A stretch of 64,000 nt of DNA from an uncultured Bacteroidota bacterium (GCA_913055635.1 CAJXLK010000023.1:4610-68609); one strand, 5' to 3'. Positions 29,183 through 38,943 are shown, counted from the stretch's first letter. Notes: a model not told the origin generated them from the sequence alone. Program-made: numbers and translations.

Positions 29183-30418
29183 TCAGTTGAGTTGCATGCC
29201 AATAAGGGTTACGTCGTCGATTTGTTCATGGTTGCCTTTCCACTGCTCGAATCTTTGGGTGATGAAATTTTTCTGATTTTGAAGCCCCTGTTGATGAATT
29301 TCATGAAGCATTTGTCTGAACTGTTTCTTGCCAAACTTTTTGTGGTAAGGCCCGCCAAACTGATCCTGATATCCGTCGGAAAACATATAGAGCATGTCGC
29401 CGGGATGATAGTCGATCTGATGAAGGGTGAAATCCCGGGAGTCTACAAAAGCTCCTACCGGCATATTGTTGCCTTTGATTTCAAGGGGTTCTCCCTGGTG
29501 AACCAGGATAATCCGGCTGTTGGCCCCTGCAAAATAGAGTTTTTTTTCCCGGGGATGGATGGCGCAGATGGAGATGTCCATACCGTCCTGCTGGTTTTGC
29601 TCGGCTGAGCTGTTAAGCTCTTCGATGATTTGGCTCCGCAATTCATTGAGGATGAAATGGGGCTGAACAACCTGCCTGCCTTTTACAATGTCGTTCAGTG
29701 CCGTTATGCCCAGCATCGTTATCAAAGCACCGGGAATCCCGTGGCCTGTACAATCGGCTACACTGATCAGGGTGGTTTGATCCAGGCGTTGGGTCCAGTA
29801 AAAATCGCCTCCAATGATTTGTTGGGGTTTATAGAATAGAAAATAGGGAGAAAGATTCTCCTTTAACACGCTATCATCAGGAAGCATGGCATTCTGGATG
29901 CGCTCGGCATAACGAATGCTGCTGTAAATTTCCTGGTTTTGCCGGTTCAGCCTTTGTTTTTGTTTTTCGCGTTCAGTTACATCATCCACGATGAGCAAAG
30001 CCATCCGTTCACCCTGATAAGAGACGGCTTTAACGCTATAGTAAAAGTATTTGGTGAAGGTTTGTTCCCCCCGGTGAATGTACTTGGTATCATATATGTT
30101 TTTCAGGGCATCGGTGTTTTGTGAAAATATCTGGTTGATTGCATTCAGGAGCGGACACCGATGGCAGTGCTCGGAAAAACCACAGCTTATTGTTCCATTG
30201 TCGGTATACATACAATCCAGGGCATTGCCGAAGAGGCGGTTGATAGTAGCTTTCTCATCTTTGTTTAAAAGGGCAATGCCGGTTTGGTTGTAATTTTTTA
30301 TTTCCCGGTTCCTGGAGAGTACAAACACACTGGAATGCAGATTTTCCAGTACTGTATTTAAAAATGCACTGGATTGGCGGATGTTTTCCGGCTCCATACC
30401 ATGAAAGGTATTTTCCAT
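29183..30418 (-). CDS. Cys4-PAS-like domain + SpoIIE/PP2C phosphatase (SiaA-like)
   Basis: GNALDC-x9-CG-x4-CHRC; GGDFYW, ADCTGHGIPGA, DGMDI, SDGYQDQFGG, DDVT. Confidence 0.9.
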   Translation of the reverse strand: MENTFHGMEPENIRQSSAFLNTVLENLHSSVFVLSRNREIKNYNQTGIALLNKDEKATINRLFGNALDCMYTDNGTISCGFSEHCHRCPLLNAINQIFSQNTDALKNIYDTKYIHRGEQTFTKYFYYSVKAVSYQGERMALLIVDDVTEREKQKQRLNRQNQEIYSSIRYAERIQNAMLPDDSVLKENLSPYFLFYKPQQIIGGDFYWTQRLDQTTLISVADCTGHGIPGALITMLGITALNDIVKGRQVVQPHFILNELRSQIIEELNSSAEQNQQDGMDISICAIHPREKKLYFAGANSRIILVHQGEPLEIKGNNMPVGAFVDSRDFTLHQIDYHPGDMLYMFSDGYQDQFGGPYHKKFGKKQFRQMLHEIHQQGLQNQKNFITQRFEQWKGNHEQIDDVTLIGMQLN

Positions 30419-30429
30419 CTTAGAACTGT

Positions 30430-30870
30430 TTAGGGATTTGACTTGGTCTTGTCAACTTGCTGTTCAAGGTCACTTTTCATGTTTTCTTGCTGGTTGTTTA
30501 TATTTTTGGATTTTTCTTCGATGGCTTCGATTAAACCGATCAGCTTGTCCGATTCTTCCTCCAGCCGGTTGTATTGATTGGTGGCTTTTTGAAGATCGCC
30601 GGTTTTTTTCAGTTTAGGAATTTCTTCAACCACTTGATGGATAAGTTGATGCTTATCCACCAGTTGTTGCATCTCCGGGTGGTGTTTATAGGCTTCCCAG
30701 CCGACCTGATTGATCCATTGGCCCAGCTCACATTCCTGATCGGAAACGATTTTGTTTTCATCCAGGTCGTCCAGGCCAAGCAGATAGGCCTTCAATTTCA
30801 TCTTCCACATGCGGTGTTTGTGTTTGGCGTAGAAAAAGTTCAGTTCCATAGGCGCGGTTTTAGCAGTCAT
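30430..30870 (-). CDS. Stand-alone CZB (chemoreceptor zinc-binding) domain protein
   Basis: HRMW, ECELGQW, HQLIH: 3His/1Cys set. Confidence 0.85.
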   Translation of the reverse strand: MTAKTAPMELNFFYAKHKHRMWKMKLKAYLLGLDDLDENKIVSDQECELGQWINQVGWEAYKHHPEMQQLVDKHQLIHQVVEEIPKLKKTGDLQKATNQYNRLEEESDKLIGLIEAIEEKSKNINNQQENMKSDLEQQVDKTKSNP

Positions 30871-32617
30871 TGATTTTTTCTTCGGCGTTTTCGAGCTGTT
30901 TCATCCAGGTGGTGAACATCAGATCTATTTCTTGCTCATACATTTTTCGGGTTTGTTGTTCTTTTCGGGTTTGTTGTTCTTTCATTTGTTTGATTTCCTG
31001 TATTTTGCGCTCGTTGTCGTGGTTGAGTTTTTCGATTGCTTGCTTTTGTTTTTGATCCTTATCCTCAAGTTCTTCCTGAGTGGCTTTCAATTCTTCGATA
31101 TGTTGGCGGAGCTGTTCGTCCTGGGTGCGTACTTCTTCCATTTGCTGCTGGGCTTCTTCTTCCGCCTTTTTCTGTTCGCTGATATCGCGGAGCATCCCCA
31201 CGAACATCCGCTTATTGTCGAGCCAGGCTTCTTCTACCCGTATTTCAAGGGGGAAGACATTGCCCTGCTTGGTGATGCCTTGTTCATGCCGGGCTTTACC
31301 CAAAATACGCCGCTCTCCAGTTTTTTTATAGTGATCAATGTATTGGTCATGTTCCTGGGCATATTCGCGGGGCATCAGCAGGCTGACGTTTTCTCCCTGG
31401 ACTTCCGATGCAGTGTATCCAAAAAGTTTTTCGGCCGAGGGGCTGAACTGATCGATAATGCCATGGTCATCGATCGTAACAATGGCATCCATGGCGTTTT
31501 CAAAGATCATTTTATTTTTAGCCTGGCTTTGCTCCAGCGATTCCTGGGTGGCTTTCATCTCTTCCATGTTCTGGCGGAGTTCTTCCTCCTGGGAAGCAAG
31601 TTCTTCGGCTTGTTGCTGACTTTTGGCCAGCAGTTCATTGGTACGCTTGTTGATCTTGATCGAGGAGAGGGTGGCCGCTATGCTTTCGGCCAGCCGTTCA
31701 ACAAAGTCGCGGTGATGTTGCTCAAATTCGCTGAATGAAGCCATTTCAATAACCCCCAGAACTTTGTCTTCAAGCTGAAGGGGCACAATCAACAACGCCC
31801 GGGGGTTGGCATCGCCCAACCCAGAGGTGATGTGGATGTAATCATCAGGAATCTCAGTCATATAGATGGACTTATGTTCAAGGGCTACCGCCCCGACAAG
31901 CCCTTCGCCCCATTCAATTTTTTTTGTCAGATATTTCTTACGGTTGAATGCATATGCAGCTGCAAGCTCAAAATATTGCTCCTCCCCGCTTTGTTGTGCC
32001 TGAGATTGTTGATTGGCTTGAGCCTGAGCTTCTCCTTCTTCTTCATCTCCCTGCAGGATGAAAAGTCCACCCTGGTTGGCCCCTACATACTGAACCAGGT
32101 TGCTGATGATGTCGTAGGACAACTCATATAGGTCATTGTTCTTATTTTGGCGGAGGATGTCATTGAATTTGGCCAATCCATCTGATATCCAGTTCCTTCG
32201 CTCATCTTCTTTCTGCCGCTCAATTTCCTCCTGGCGGTTTTTCTGAAGGCGGTCGCGAAGACTGATCAGCACTTCTCCAATTTGATCGTTTTCTTCTAAA
32301 TCATAGGAAATATCCATATTTCCTTTTTCCAGCTCCTGTGCAAACCGAAATGCCTTTTTCTGGGTTTGATGCAGATTTTGTTTTTCCTGTTGAAGGCTCA
32401 CTTTGTCTTTCTTGCACCTTTCGCTCCGGCGAATGAACCAGAGCATCATTCCCGTAAACAGGTACATTGCCCAAATCAGAGGATTGCTTGCATGGAGCTG
32501 GCCAATGCTTTTAAAAGAAAAATGCGGATTGGTCACTTCCAGGCTCAGGATGTTGAACAAGATAATCACCATGAGTCCTGCACCCAATAATATTGGGTCA
32601 AGTCTTTTCATGCCCAT
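30860..32617 (-). CDS. Membrane sensor: 2 TM, coiled coil, GAF, FixL-like PAS, C-terminal coiled coil; no catalytic output domain
   Basis: GAF (GEGLVG, LIVPL, GVIEMAS); PAS DAIVTID...AEKLFGY...LLMP...EHDQY...GKAR...G-x2-FP. Confidence 0.88.
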   Translation of the reverse strand: MGMKRLDPILLGAGLMVIILFNILSLEVTNPHFSFKSIGQLHASNPLIWAMYLFTGMMLWFIRRSERCKKDKVSLQQEKQNLHQTQKKAFRFAQELEKGNMDISYDLEENDQIGEVLISLRDRLQKNRQEEIERQKEDERRNWISDGLAKFNDILRQNKNNDLYELSYDIISNLVQYVGANQGGLFILQGDEEEGEAQAQANQQSQAQQSGEEQYFELAAAYAFNRKKYLTKKIEWGEGLVGAVALEHKSIYMTEIPDDYIHITSGLGDANPRALLIVPLQLEDKVLGVIEMASFSEFEQHHRDFVERLAESIAATLSSIKINKRTNELLAKSQQQAEELASQEEELRQNMEEMKATQESLEQSQAKNKMIFENAMDAIVTIDDHGIIDQFSPSAEKLFGYTASEVQGENVSLLMPREYAQEHDQYIDHYKKTGERRILGKARHEQGITKQGNVFPLEIRVEEAWLDNKRMFVGMLRDISEQKKAEEEAQQQMEEVRTQDEQLRQHIEELKATQEELEDKDQKQKQAIEKLNHDNERKIQEIKQMKEQQTRKEQQTRKMYEQEIDLMFTTWMKQLENAEEKINDC

Positions 32618-32939
32618 AAGTGGAGATGTTTTTAGTTTATTTCCATCGCAGAATATAATATGGAACCTGCAAACTTGGAAAAATTTTGTTTAATATCAAA
32701 GGGGGTCATACCATCCATTTTATTGGGTTTGAATGGCTCGAAGGCGGTGGTTGTTTAATGTTTTAGCATGAAGGTATTTATATGTGTGTATATATACAAT
32801 AACCTGATATATATCATGGGTGAATGGATAAGTTATTGCGTGTTTTTGTTCGGAGATTTTCAGCCTTCAAGCAGGATAGAACTACTGAAAGGTCCATTTG
32901 TTGGTGCGGAGACTGATTTTTACCGGGAGGAGAGGGGAA

Positions 32940-33716
32940 TCAGAATTTTACGCCCAGAACCGTTACGTCATCAACCTGGTCTTTGTTGCCTTTCCACTGG
33001 TTGAAGTTTTCCTGCATGGCTCGTTTTTGCTCATCGAGATTTTGGTGGCGAATATTACGGATCAATTCCTTGAATCTTTGCTTACCAAATTTTTTATCGA
33101 TGCGTTGTCCGAATTGGTTTTTATACCCGTCCGTAAACAGGTAGATCATATCGCCGGGTTGATAACCAATTTCACGGACGGTAAAATCGGTATCATCCCA
33201 AAAGGGGCCCACGGGCATGTTGTTGCCTTTAATCTCGATCATTTCGTTTTGGCGCACCACCAGGATGGAGCTGTTCGCGCCTGCAAACATAAATGATTGG
33301 CTATTCGGGTTGACCGAGCAAATGGCAATGTCCATGCCATCGTAATGGTTCAGGTTGTCCGATTCATTGAGTTCTCCCACGATCTGCCCCCGTAATTTTT
33401 TGAGGATGACGTTGGGGTGGGTTTCTTTTTGCGATTTCACAATGTCATTCAGGGCGCTTATGCCCAACATGGTGATCAGTGCCCCGGGGATTCCATGGCC
33501 GGTGCAATCGCCAACACTCAATATGGTATGTTCGCCTCGTTCACTGGTCCAGTAGAAATCGCCGCCTACAATGTTTTTGGGTCGGTAGAAAAGGAAATAA
33601 TCGGCGAATAACTCTTTAAAATCCTTTTCATCCGGCAAAAGAGCTTTCTGAATCCTTTCAGCATACCGGAAACTAATGGATATTTCTTCGTTTTGTTCGC
33701 CAAGCATTTTTTCCAT
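32940..33716 (-). CDS. SpoIIE/PP2C phosphatase without sensor domain (paralog of 29183..30418)
   Basis: RYAERIQ, GGDFYW, DCTGHGIPGALITMLG, DGMDI, TDGY, DDVT. Confidence 0.88.
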   Translation of the reverse strand: MEKMLGEQNEEISISFRYAERIQKALLPDEKDFKELFADYFLFYRPKNIVGGDFYWTSERGEHTILSVGDCTGHGIPGALITMLGISALNDIVKSQKETHPNVILKKLRGQIVGELNESDNLNHYDGMDIAICSVNPNSQSFMFAGANSSILVVRQNEMIEIKGNNMPVGPFWDDTDFTVREIGYQPGDMIYLFTDGYKNQFGQRIDKKFGKQRFKELIRNIRHQNLDEQKRAMQENFNQWKGNKDQVDDVTVLGVKF

Positions 33717-34191
33717 TCTTTCTGGATTTTACCTTTAGTAAAGGTGAGGAGATCCATTGATATAATCAAGGATGATCTCCCTTATTTTGACAGACGACCT
33801 CAGATTTTTTTTGTTCAAATCAATTTGTGTGATGAATGAACAAAAATGGGTCTGTGGCTTAACCCATTCTAAGTAATTTATGCCGAGGATTTTCCACGTT
33901 CATGAGGCCGCTCCGCCTGATAAATGGCCAGTGGTTTCGCCCCTCTGACATAAATCGTATTCCAAAAAGTTTTATACGGAATTTAACCGCCAGGGTTCGG
34001 TTATTCCGTCTTTTTCTTGTTTTCATATTTTCTGTCTTCGGCTTCACCCTAAGTATACAATGGGACTTAACGCCCCGGGGGATCCCAGGGTGAAATGCCT
34101 TCGACCCGGGGTACGGGTGGACTGAGTTTTCGTTTAGCCACACTTAAATGCAACTGCCCGGAATGAAGAAATCTCAGGGGATGGTTGTTTT

Positions 34192-35363
34192 TTGTCCAAA
34201 CGAACGGGGGGTAAATCAACCACCGCCGAGGTTAAAACGGTGGTAGAAGAGAAAGAACTCGCTGCCCGGTGGTTGGTCATAGAGAGCGATCCCTCAAAGG
34301 CCAATGTGTTTATTGACGGTAAACTGGCTGGCAGGACGCCATTTCACCGGAAATATGAAGAAGGCGAATATACCTACCGCATTGAAAAAAGCCGCTACCA
34401 CAACAAAGCAGGCAAGATTACCCTAAAAGGTGAAAAAAAGAGCTTGCAAATTGAGTTGAAACCCAATTTTGGAGATATACAAGTTACATCAGTACCCGAA
34501 GAGGGGATGATGATCTTTCTCGACGGAGAAAATACGGGTAAGGAAACCCCGGCCACTTTGAACGAAATATCCTCGGGTGAACATACCCTTCAATTGCAAA
34601 GCCGCTGGTATCAACCCCAGACCAAAAAGGTAACCGTGAAGGAGGAACAAACCACAGCTGCAGATTTTAAAATGGAACCGGCTTTTGCCAATATCACCGT
34701 ACAAACACAACCGGAAATGCGGATGTCGTTTCAACCCCAATCAAGGCGGAAGTTTATGTGGATGGAGACAAAAAGGGCATCACCCCTTTAACCCTCAGCG
34801 ATTTTCTGGTTGGAAAATACAACCTGAAAATTTCAAAACAGGGCTATGGTACGGTTACAAAAACGCTGACCATTCAGGAAGGCGAGACCATCTCGGTTGA
34901 TGCGCAATTGCCCCAGGCCAAAAAAGTTGCCATCACCAGCCAGCCTTCCGGGGCAGATCTGTATATCGACGGCAGTTATATAGGCAAAACCCCTTATGAG
35001 GGTGAATTGGGTTTTGGAAGAAGAAAAGTGAAAATGATAAATGGAGAAAGAACGAAGCAGAGAAGCATTCATGTTACAGATGGAGGAAAAGACATATGGA
35101 GGTTTGAAGTTTTTGCAAATAAAGGAACTTTTATTGACTCCCGCGATGGCCAAACTTATGAGTGGGTGCGTATAGGCGACCAGGTGTGGATGGCCGAGAA
35201 CCTGAATTACGATCAGGATGCTTATGGCGATGATAAGTGTTATAATAATGATCCATCCAATAGCGATACTTACGGGCGTTTATATAACTGGGATGCTGTA
35301 ATGCAGGGTGAAAGCAGCAGCCATCGCAACTATAAGACACCTCACATGCTGATCGGAGGCTGA
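34192..35363 (+). pseudogene. Degraded PEGA-repeat + FISUMP (Fib_succ_major) domain gene
   Basis: PEGA repeats (SDPSKANVFIDG...GRTP) in two frames with a shift near 34713; FIDSRDGQTY...IGDQVWMAENLNY...YGRLYNW domain ends prematurely; no signal peptide or clear start. Confidence 0.8.
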
Positions 35364-35422
35364 TGTAACCCGCAAATAAATGCATCCTTATTTTTCTTTG
35401 TTGTATGTTCGTTTGTAGGTAT

Positions 35423-35462
35423 AAAAAAGAGGCACCCACAAAAGCGTTTTTGTAAGCACCTC
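35423..35462 (-). terminator. Intrinsic terminator of tRNA-Arg(CCG)
   Basis: GAGGTGCTTACAAAA-ACGC-TTTTGTGGGTGCCTC-TTTTTT on - strand. Confidence 0.7.
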
Positions 35463-35471
35463 ACTATCAAG

Positions 35472-35545
35472 TGAACCAGGGGGGACTCGAACCCCCAACC
35501 TTCTGATCCGGAGTCAGATACTCTATCCAATTGAGCTACAGGTTC
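35472..35545 (-). tRNA. tRNA-Arg(CCG)
   Basis: Cloverleaf: GAACCTG/CTGGTTC acceptor (one U-U), TCTGA-CTCCGGA-TCAGA anticodon arm, GGGGG-TTCGAGT-CCCCC T arm; CCA not encoded. Confidence 0.95.
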
Positions 35546-35588
35546 ATCCGTTAAATCTATTGTCTCTGCGCTTGCCTGAAAAGCGGGT

Positions 35589-35596
35589 CAAAGTTA
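35589..35596 (-). promoter_or_regulatory. -7 promoter box for tRNA-Arg(CCG)
   Basis: TAACTTTG on - strand. Confidence 0.6.
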
Positions 35597-35660
35597 CAAA
35601 AATATCCCCGCCCTACAAACTGAAGGCCCCTATCCTGTAAGTTTTATTCTTCCTTCTTTC

Positions 35661-35697
35661 AAAAAAAGCACCTACAGAATACCTCTGTAAGTGCTTT
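35661..35697 (-). terminator. Intrinsic terminator of tRNA-Arg(ACG)
   Basis: AAAGCACTTACAGA...TCTGTAGGTGCTTTTTTT on - strand. Confidence 0.7.
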
Positions 35698-35706
35698 ATT
35701 ATCAGG

Positions 35707-35780
<74 letters not shown>

Positions 35781-35847
35781 ATCTATGTGGAAAATTCTTC
35801 ACCGCTCTGTGAAGTATCTTTTCCTGTTCCGGCCTTAACCGGATGTG

Positions 35848-35855
35848 CAAATATA
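35848..35855 (-). promoter_or_regulatory. -7 promoter box for tRNA-Arg(ACG)
   Basis: TATATTTG on - strand. Confidence 0.6.
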
Positions 35856-36132
35856 TAAAATTTTCACCATTTACCTCCAAATTTAAACAGGAATTCTCTT
35901 CCACTTCCATTGTTGCCCTGAGCCCGAACGCATTTTTTTTCAGAACCCCCTCTTATTATCTTTTTATCCCTGACCGTACTGGCTGTTGCTAAAAAAGGAT
36001 TTTTCAGAGGTATCCTGAAAACCAGGATAGAATTAAATCAATCGACCTTCTGGTGAACTTTCGCCCCGGTGCGTGCATTATTCCCTAATAATTCTTATTT
36101 TTGAATAAAACCCTTGCATAACCAGATAAGCC

Positions 36133-38943
36133 ATGAAAAAATTTTTGAAAACCCTCGTTGTGATCATCTTTGCGTTGTTGATCCTGCTCATCACGATACC
36201 ATATCTTTTTAAGGATCAAATCCTTAACAAGACCCGTGAAATCATCAATGAAAATGTAGAGGCCCGGGTCAGCTTTGACGACGTCAGTGTTTCGCTGTTG
36301 AAGCGATTTCCCGATCTGAATGTCGGCATTCACCATTTGATCGTCTCCGGCAAAGGCCAGTTCCGGGAGGATACCCTGGTCCAGTTCAAAACCTTACATG
36401 CTGAGGTGGATCTGTTAAGCATTTTGAAAAAGCAGATCGTTATGGAAGGGGTGTATTTGGAAGAACCCAGGCTGAAAGCACGCATTGCCCCTGACAGCAG
36501 TGTCAACTGGGATATCATGAAGGAGGCCCCGGAGCCTGCCCCATCTGAACAGGTCGATACGGCCGCTGAGCCTTCTGATTACCGTGTTGAATTGAAGACT
36601 TTTCAGATCACCGGGGGAAGGCTCCTGTTTGATGATCAACCGGGTGATATGAGTTTTTCGGCCCACAACCTGAATTTTACCATGAGCGGAGACCTGGGCG
36701 CTGACTCTTCTGACCTGGATATGAGCCTGGATGTAGAGCCGGTGAATTTTCGGATGGGCGCCGTGCGGTATTTGAATCAGACCGATGTATCCTTTGAGGC
36801 CGGTATCGCTGCCAACCTCAAAGAAGAACGGTATCATATCCGCAACAATCAACTGAATGTTAACGGGTTGGTTCTGAATTTTGATGGGTTGGTCTCCATG
36901 GCCGAATCGGGTCGTATTGATACTGACATTGAGTTTGCCTCGGGCAAAACGAATTTTAAGAGCCTGCTCTCGCTGATTCCCGCCTTCTACATGCAGGATT
37001 TTAAAGCGTTGGAAACCGCCGGCAACCTGACCCTCAATGGCCAGATCTCCGGTTATTACCACCAGGATGTCTTCCCCTCGCTGGATATGAACCTGCAGGT
37101 GGAAGATGCCATGTTCCACTATCCGGATTTGCCTGAACGGGCGAGCAACATTCAAATTTCCCTCCAAACCTATTTTGACGGCAAGAAACCGGACAAGACC
37201 AAAGTCAACCTGGAGCGCTTTCACCTCGAGATGGCGGGTAGCCCCTTCGATGCCTCTTTATTACTGCGAAACCCCATCAGCAATCCCACGGTTAATGGCG
37301 CCTTAACCGGTAAAGTGGTCCTGGATCAGCTCGCGAAGGTTGTTCCCATGGAAGACCTCGAGCTTCGGGGTGTGATCGACTCCGATTTGGAATTTGCCGG
37401 CAGCCTGGACATGGTGGAGCAGAAACGCTACAATGAATTTAAGGCCAACGGTTCGGTGAATGTGACGGATTTGTATGTAGCCACTCCAAGCCTGCCTGAA
37501 GCCCTTACCCTGAATGCCCGGATGGTATTCACCCCGCAATACCTTGATTTGAAATCTTTAACCGGAAAGCTCGGGAAAAGCGATTTTAGTATGACAGGCA
37601 AAGTAAGCGATTATATTGGTTATGTTTTGGAAGACGGGGTGTTAAGGGGTGATTTCACTCTGAAATCCGGTTATTTGAATGTTAATCCATTCCTGGCAAA
37701 AGGAGAGGGGCAGACCCCGGACGATACAGCTGCCCCACAGGAGATGGAAGTGTTTAAGGTCCCCTCACGCATAGATTTCAAAATGGATGCCGGCATGGAC
37801 CGTATCCGTTATGACCGGATGCAGATTACCAATGCCGGCGGCACCGTGCTGGTGAGAGATCAGTCGGTATATCTGAATGATTTTGCCATGAACCTTTTTG
37901 AGGGCCGGCTTCAGGCCGACGGGGCGTATAATACTCCGGATACGGCCGATGCTTCGGTCAACTTTGATATGGCCCTGTCCGATCTTCAGATTCAAAATGC
38001 CCTGCAATCCTTCCGGATGATGGACACCCTGGCCCCGATTTTAAAGCGGGCCGAAGGGAAGATTTCGATGGATTTGCAGTATATGTCGCAGTTAAAAACC
38101 AACATGATGCCGAAGATGCCTACGGTCAATGGTTTTGGAGAGCTGAGGAGTAAGCAGATCCGCCTGAGTGGTTCCCGCTCTTTGGGCAGGATCCTGAAGG
38201 CCCTTGATTTGAGTGAATCGGGTGAACAGACGTTAAATGACTTAAAGATCAACTTTTTGCTACGCCAGGGCGAATTGGTCATTAAGCCTTTTGATGTCCA
38301 GCTGGCCGGCATGGGCATGACCGTGAGCGGTTCTCAGCGTTATGACCGGACGATGGACTATGACATCCAGATGCGCATTCCACGCTCCAAGCTGGGAGGA
38401 GCGGCCAACCAGGTTATTAATAATCTGGTGGATAAAGCAGCTTCCCGGGGTTTGGACATCAGCCCCGGTGAAAACATTCCGGTGGGGGTCGATCTGACCG
38501 GCACCTTTTCAGAGCCTAAGGTTGGCCTTAGCTTTGGCCGTGGGGAAGGAGAAGCAGGCAAGGATGTCAAACAGCAGGTCAGGGAGAAGGTGGAAGAGAC
38601 GGTTCAGCAGCAAAAGCAGCAGGCTGAAAAAAAGGCCAGGGAAGAAGCCTCTGAAAAAGCCCGCCAAATAATAGATCAGGCTCAGAAGAAGGCCGACCGC
38701 ATCATCCGACAAGCCCGCCAGGCTGCTGAAAAGCTCAGAGAAGAGGCGGATAAACGTGCCAACCAAGTAGAAAAGGAAGCCGAGGGCAAGAATTTGTTGG
38801 TTCGTAAAGCGGCTGAGGAATCGGCCAAAAAAATCCGTCAACAGGCCGATAAAAAGGCCCGCCAGCTTATTGATGAAGCCGAAAGTAAAGCCGACAGCCT
38901 CGTGGCAGAAGCCAGGAAAGAGGCCCGGAAGATTCAACAGTGA
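36133..38943 (+). CDS. AsmA family protein with C-terminal A/E/K-rich coiled coil
   Basis: N-terminal TM anchor, SLLKRFP, NWDI, long beta-strand-rich body, helical tail. Confidence 0.85.
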   Translation: MKKFLKTLVVIIFALLILLITIPYLFKDQILNKTREIINENVEARVSFDDVSVSLLKRFPDLNVGIHHLIVSGKGQFREDTLVQFKTLHAEVDLLSILKKQIVMEGVYLEEPRLKARIAPDSSVNWDIMKEAPEPAPSEQVDTAAEPSDYRVELKTFQITGGRLLFDDQPGDMSFSAHNLNFTMSGDLGADSSDLDMSLDVEPVNFRMGAVRYLNQTDVSFEAGIAANLKEERYHIRNNQLNVNGLVLNFDGLVSMAESGRIDTDIEFASGKTNFKSLLSLIPAFYMQDFKALETAGNLTLNGQISGYYHQDVFPSLDMNLQVEDAMFHYPDLPERASNIQISLQTYFDGKKPDKTKVNLERFHLEMAGSPFDASLLLRNPISNPTVNGALTGKVVLDQLAKVVPMEDLELRGVIDSDLEFAGSLDMVEQKRYNEFKANGSVNVTDLYVATPSLPEALTLNARMVFTPQYLDLKSLTGKLGKSDFSMTGKVSDYIGYVLEDGVLRGDFTLKSGYLNVNPFLAKGEGQTPDDTAAPQEMEVFKVPSRIDFKMDAGMDRIRYDRMQITNAGGTVLVRDQSVYLNDFAMNLFEGRLQADGAYNTPDTADASVNFDMALSDLQIQNALQSFRMMDTLAPILKRAEGKISMDLQYMSQLKTNMMPKMPTVNGFGELRSKQIRLSGSRSLGRILKALDLSESGEQTLNDLKINFLLRQGELVIKPFDVQLAGMGMTVSGSQRYDRTMDYDIQMRIPRSKLGGAANQVINNLVDKAASRGLDISPGENIPVGVDLTGTFSEPKVGLSFGRGEGEAGKDVKQQVREKVEETVQQQKQQAEKKAREEASEKARQIIDQAQKKADRIIRQARQAAEKLREEADKRANQVEKEAEGKNLLVRKAAEESAKKIRQQADKKARQLIDEAESKADSLVAEARKEARKIQQ

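Noticed and set aside
34685-34800. Programmed ribosomal frameshift between the PEGA ORFs
   Set aside because: No slippery heptamer at the junction, and the gene is also truncated at both ends
35342-35530. 62-aa - strand ORF
   Set aside because: Overlaps tRNA-Arg(CCG); spurious
38570-38940. Repetitive A/E/K/Q helical tail of AsmA
   Set aside because: Protein-level coiled coil, not a DNA repeat element
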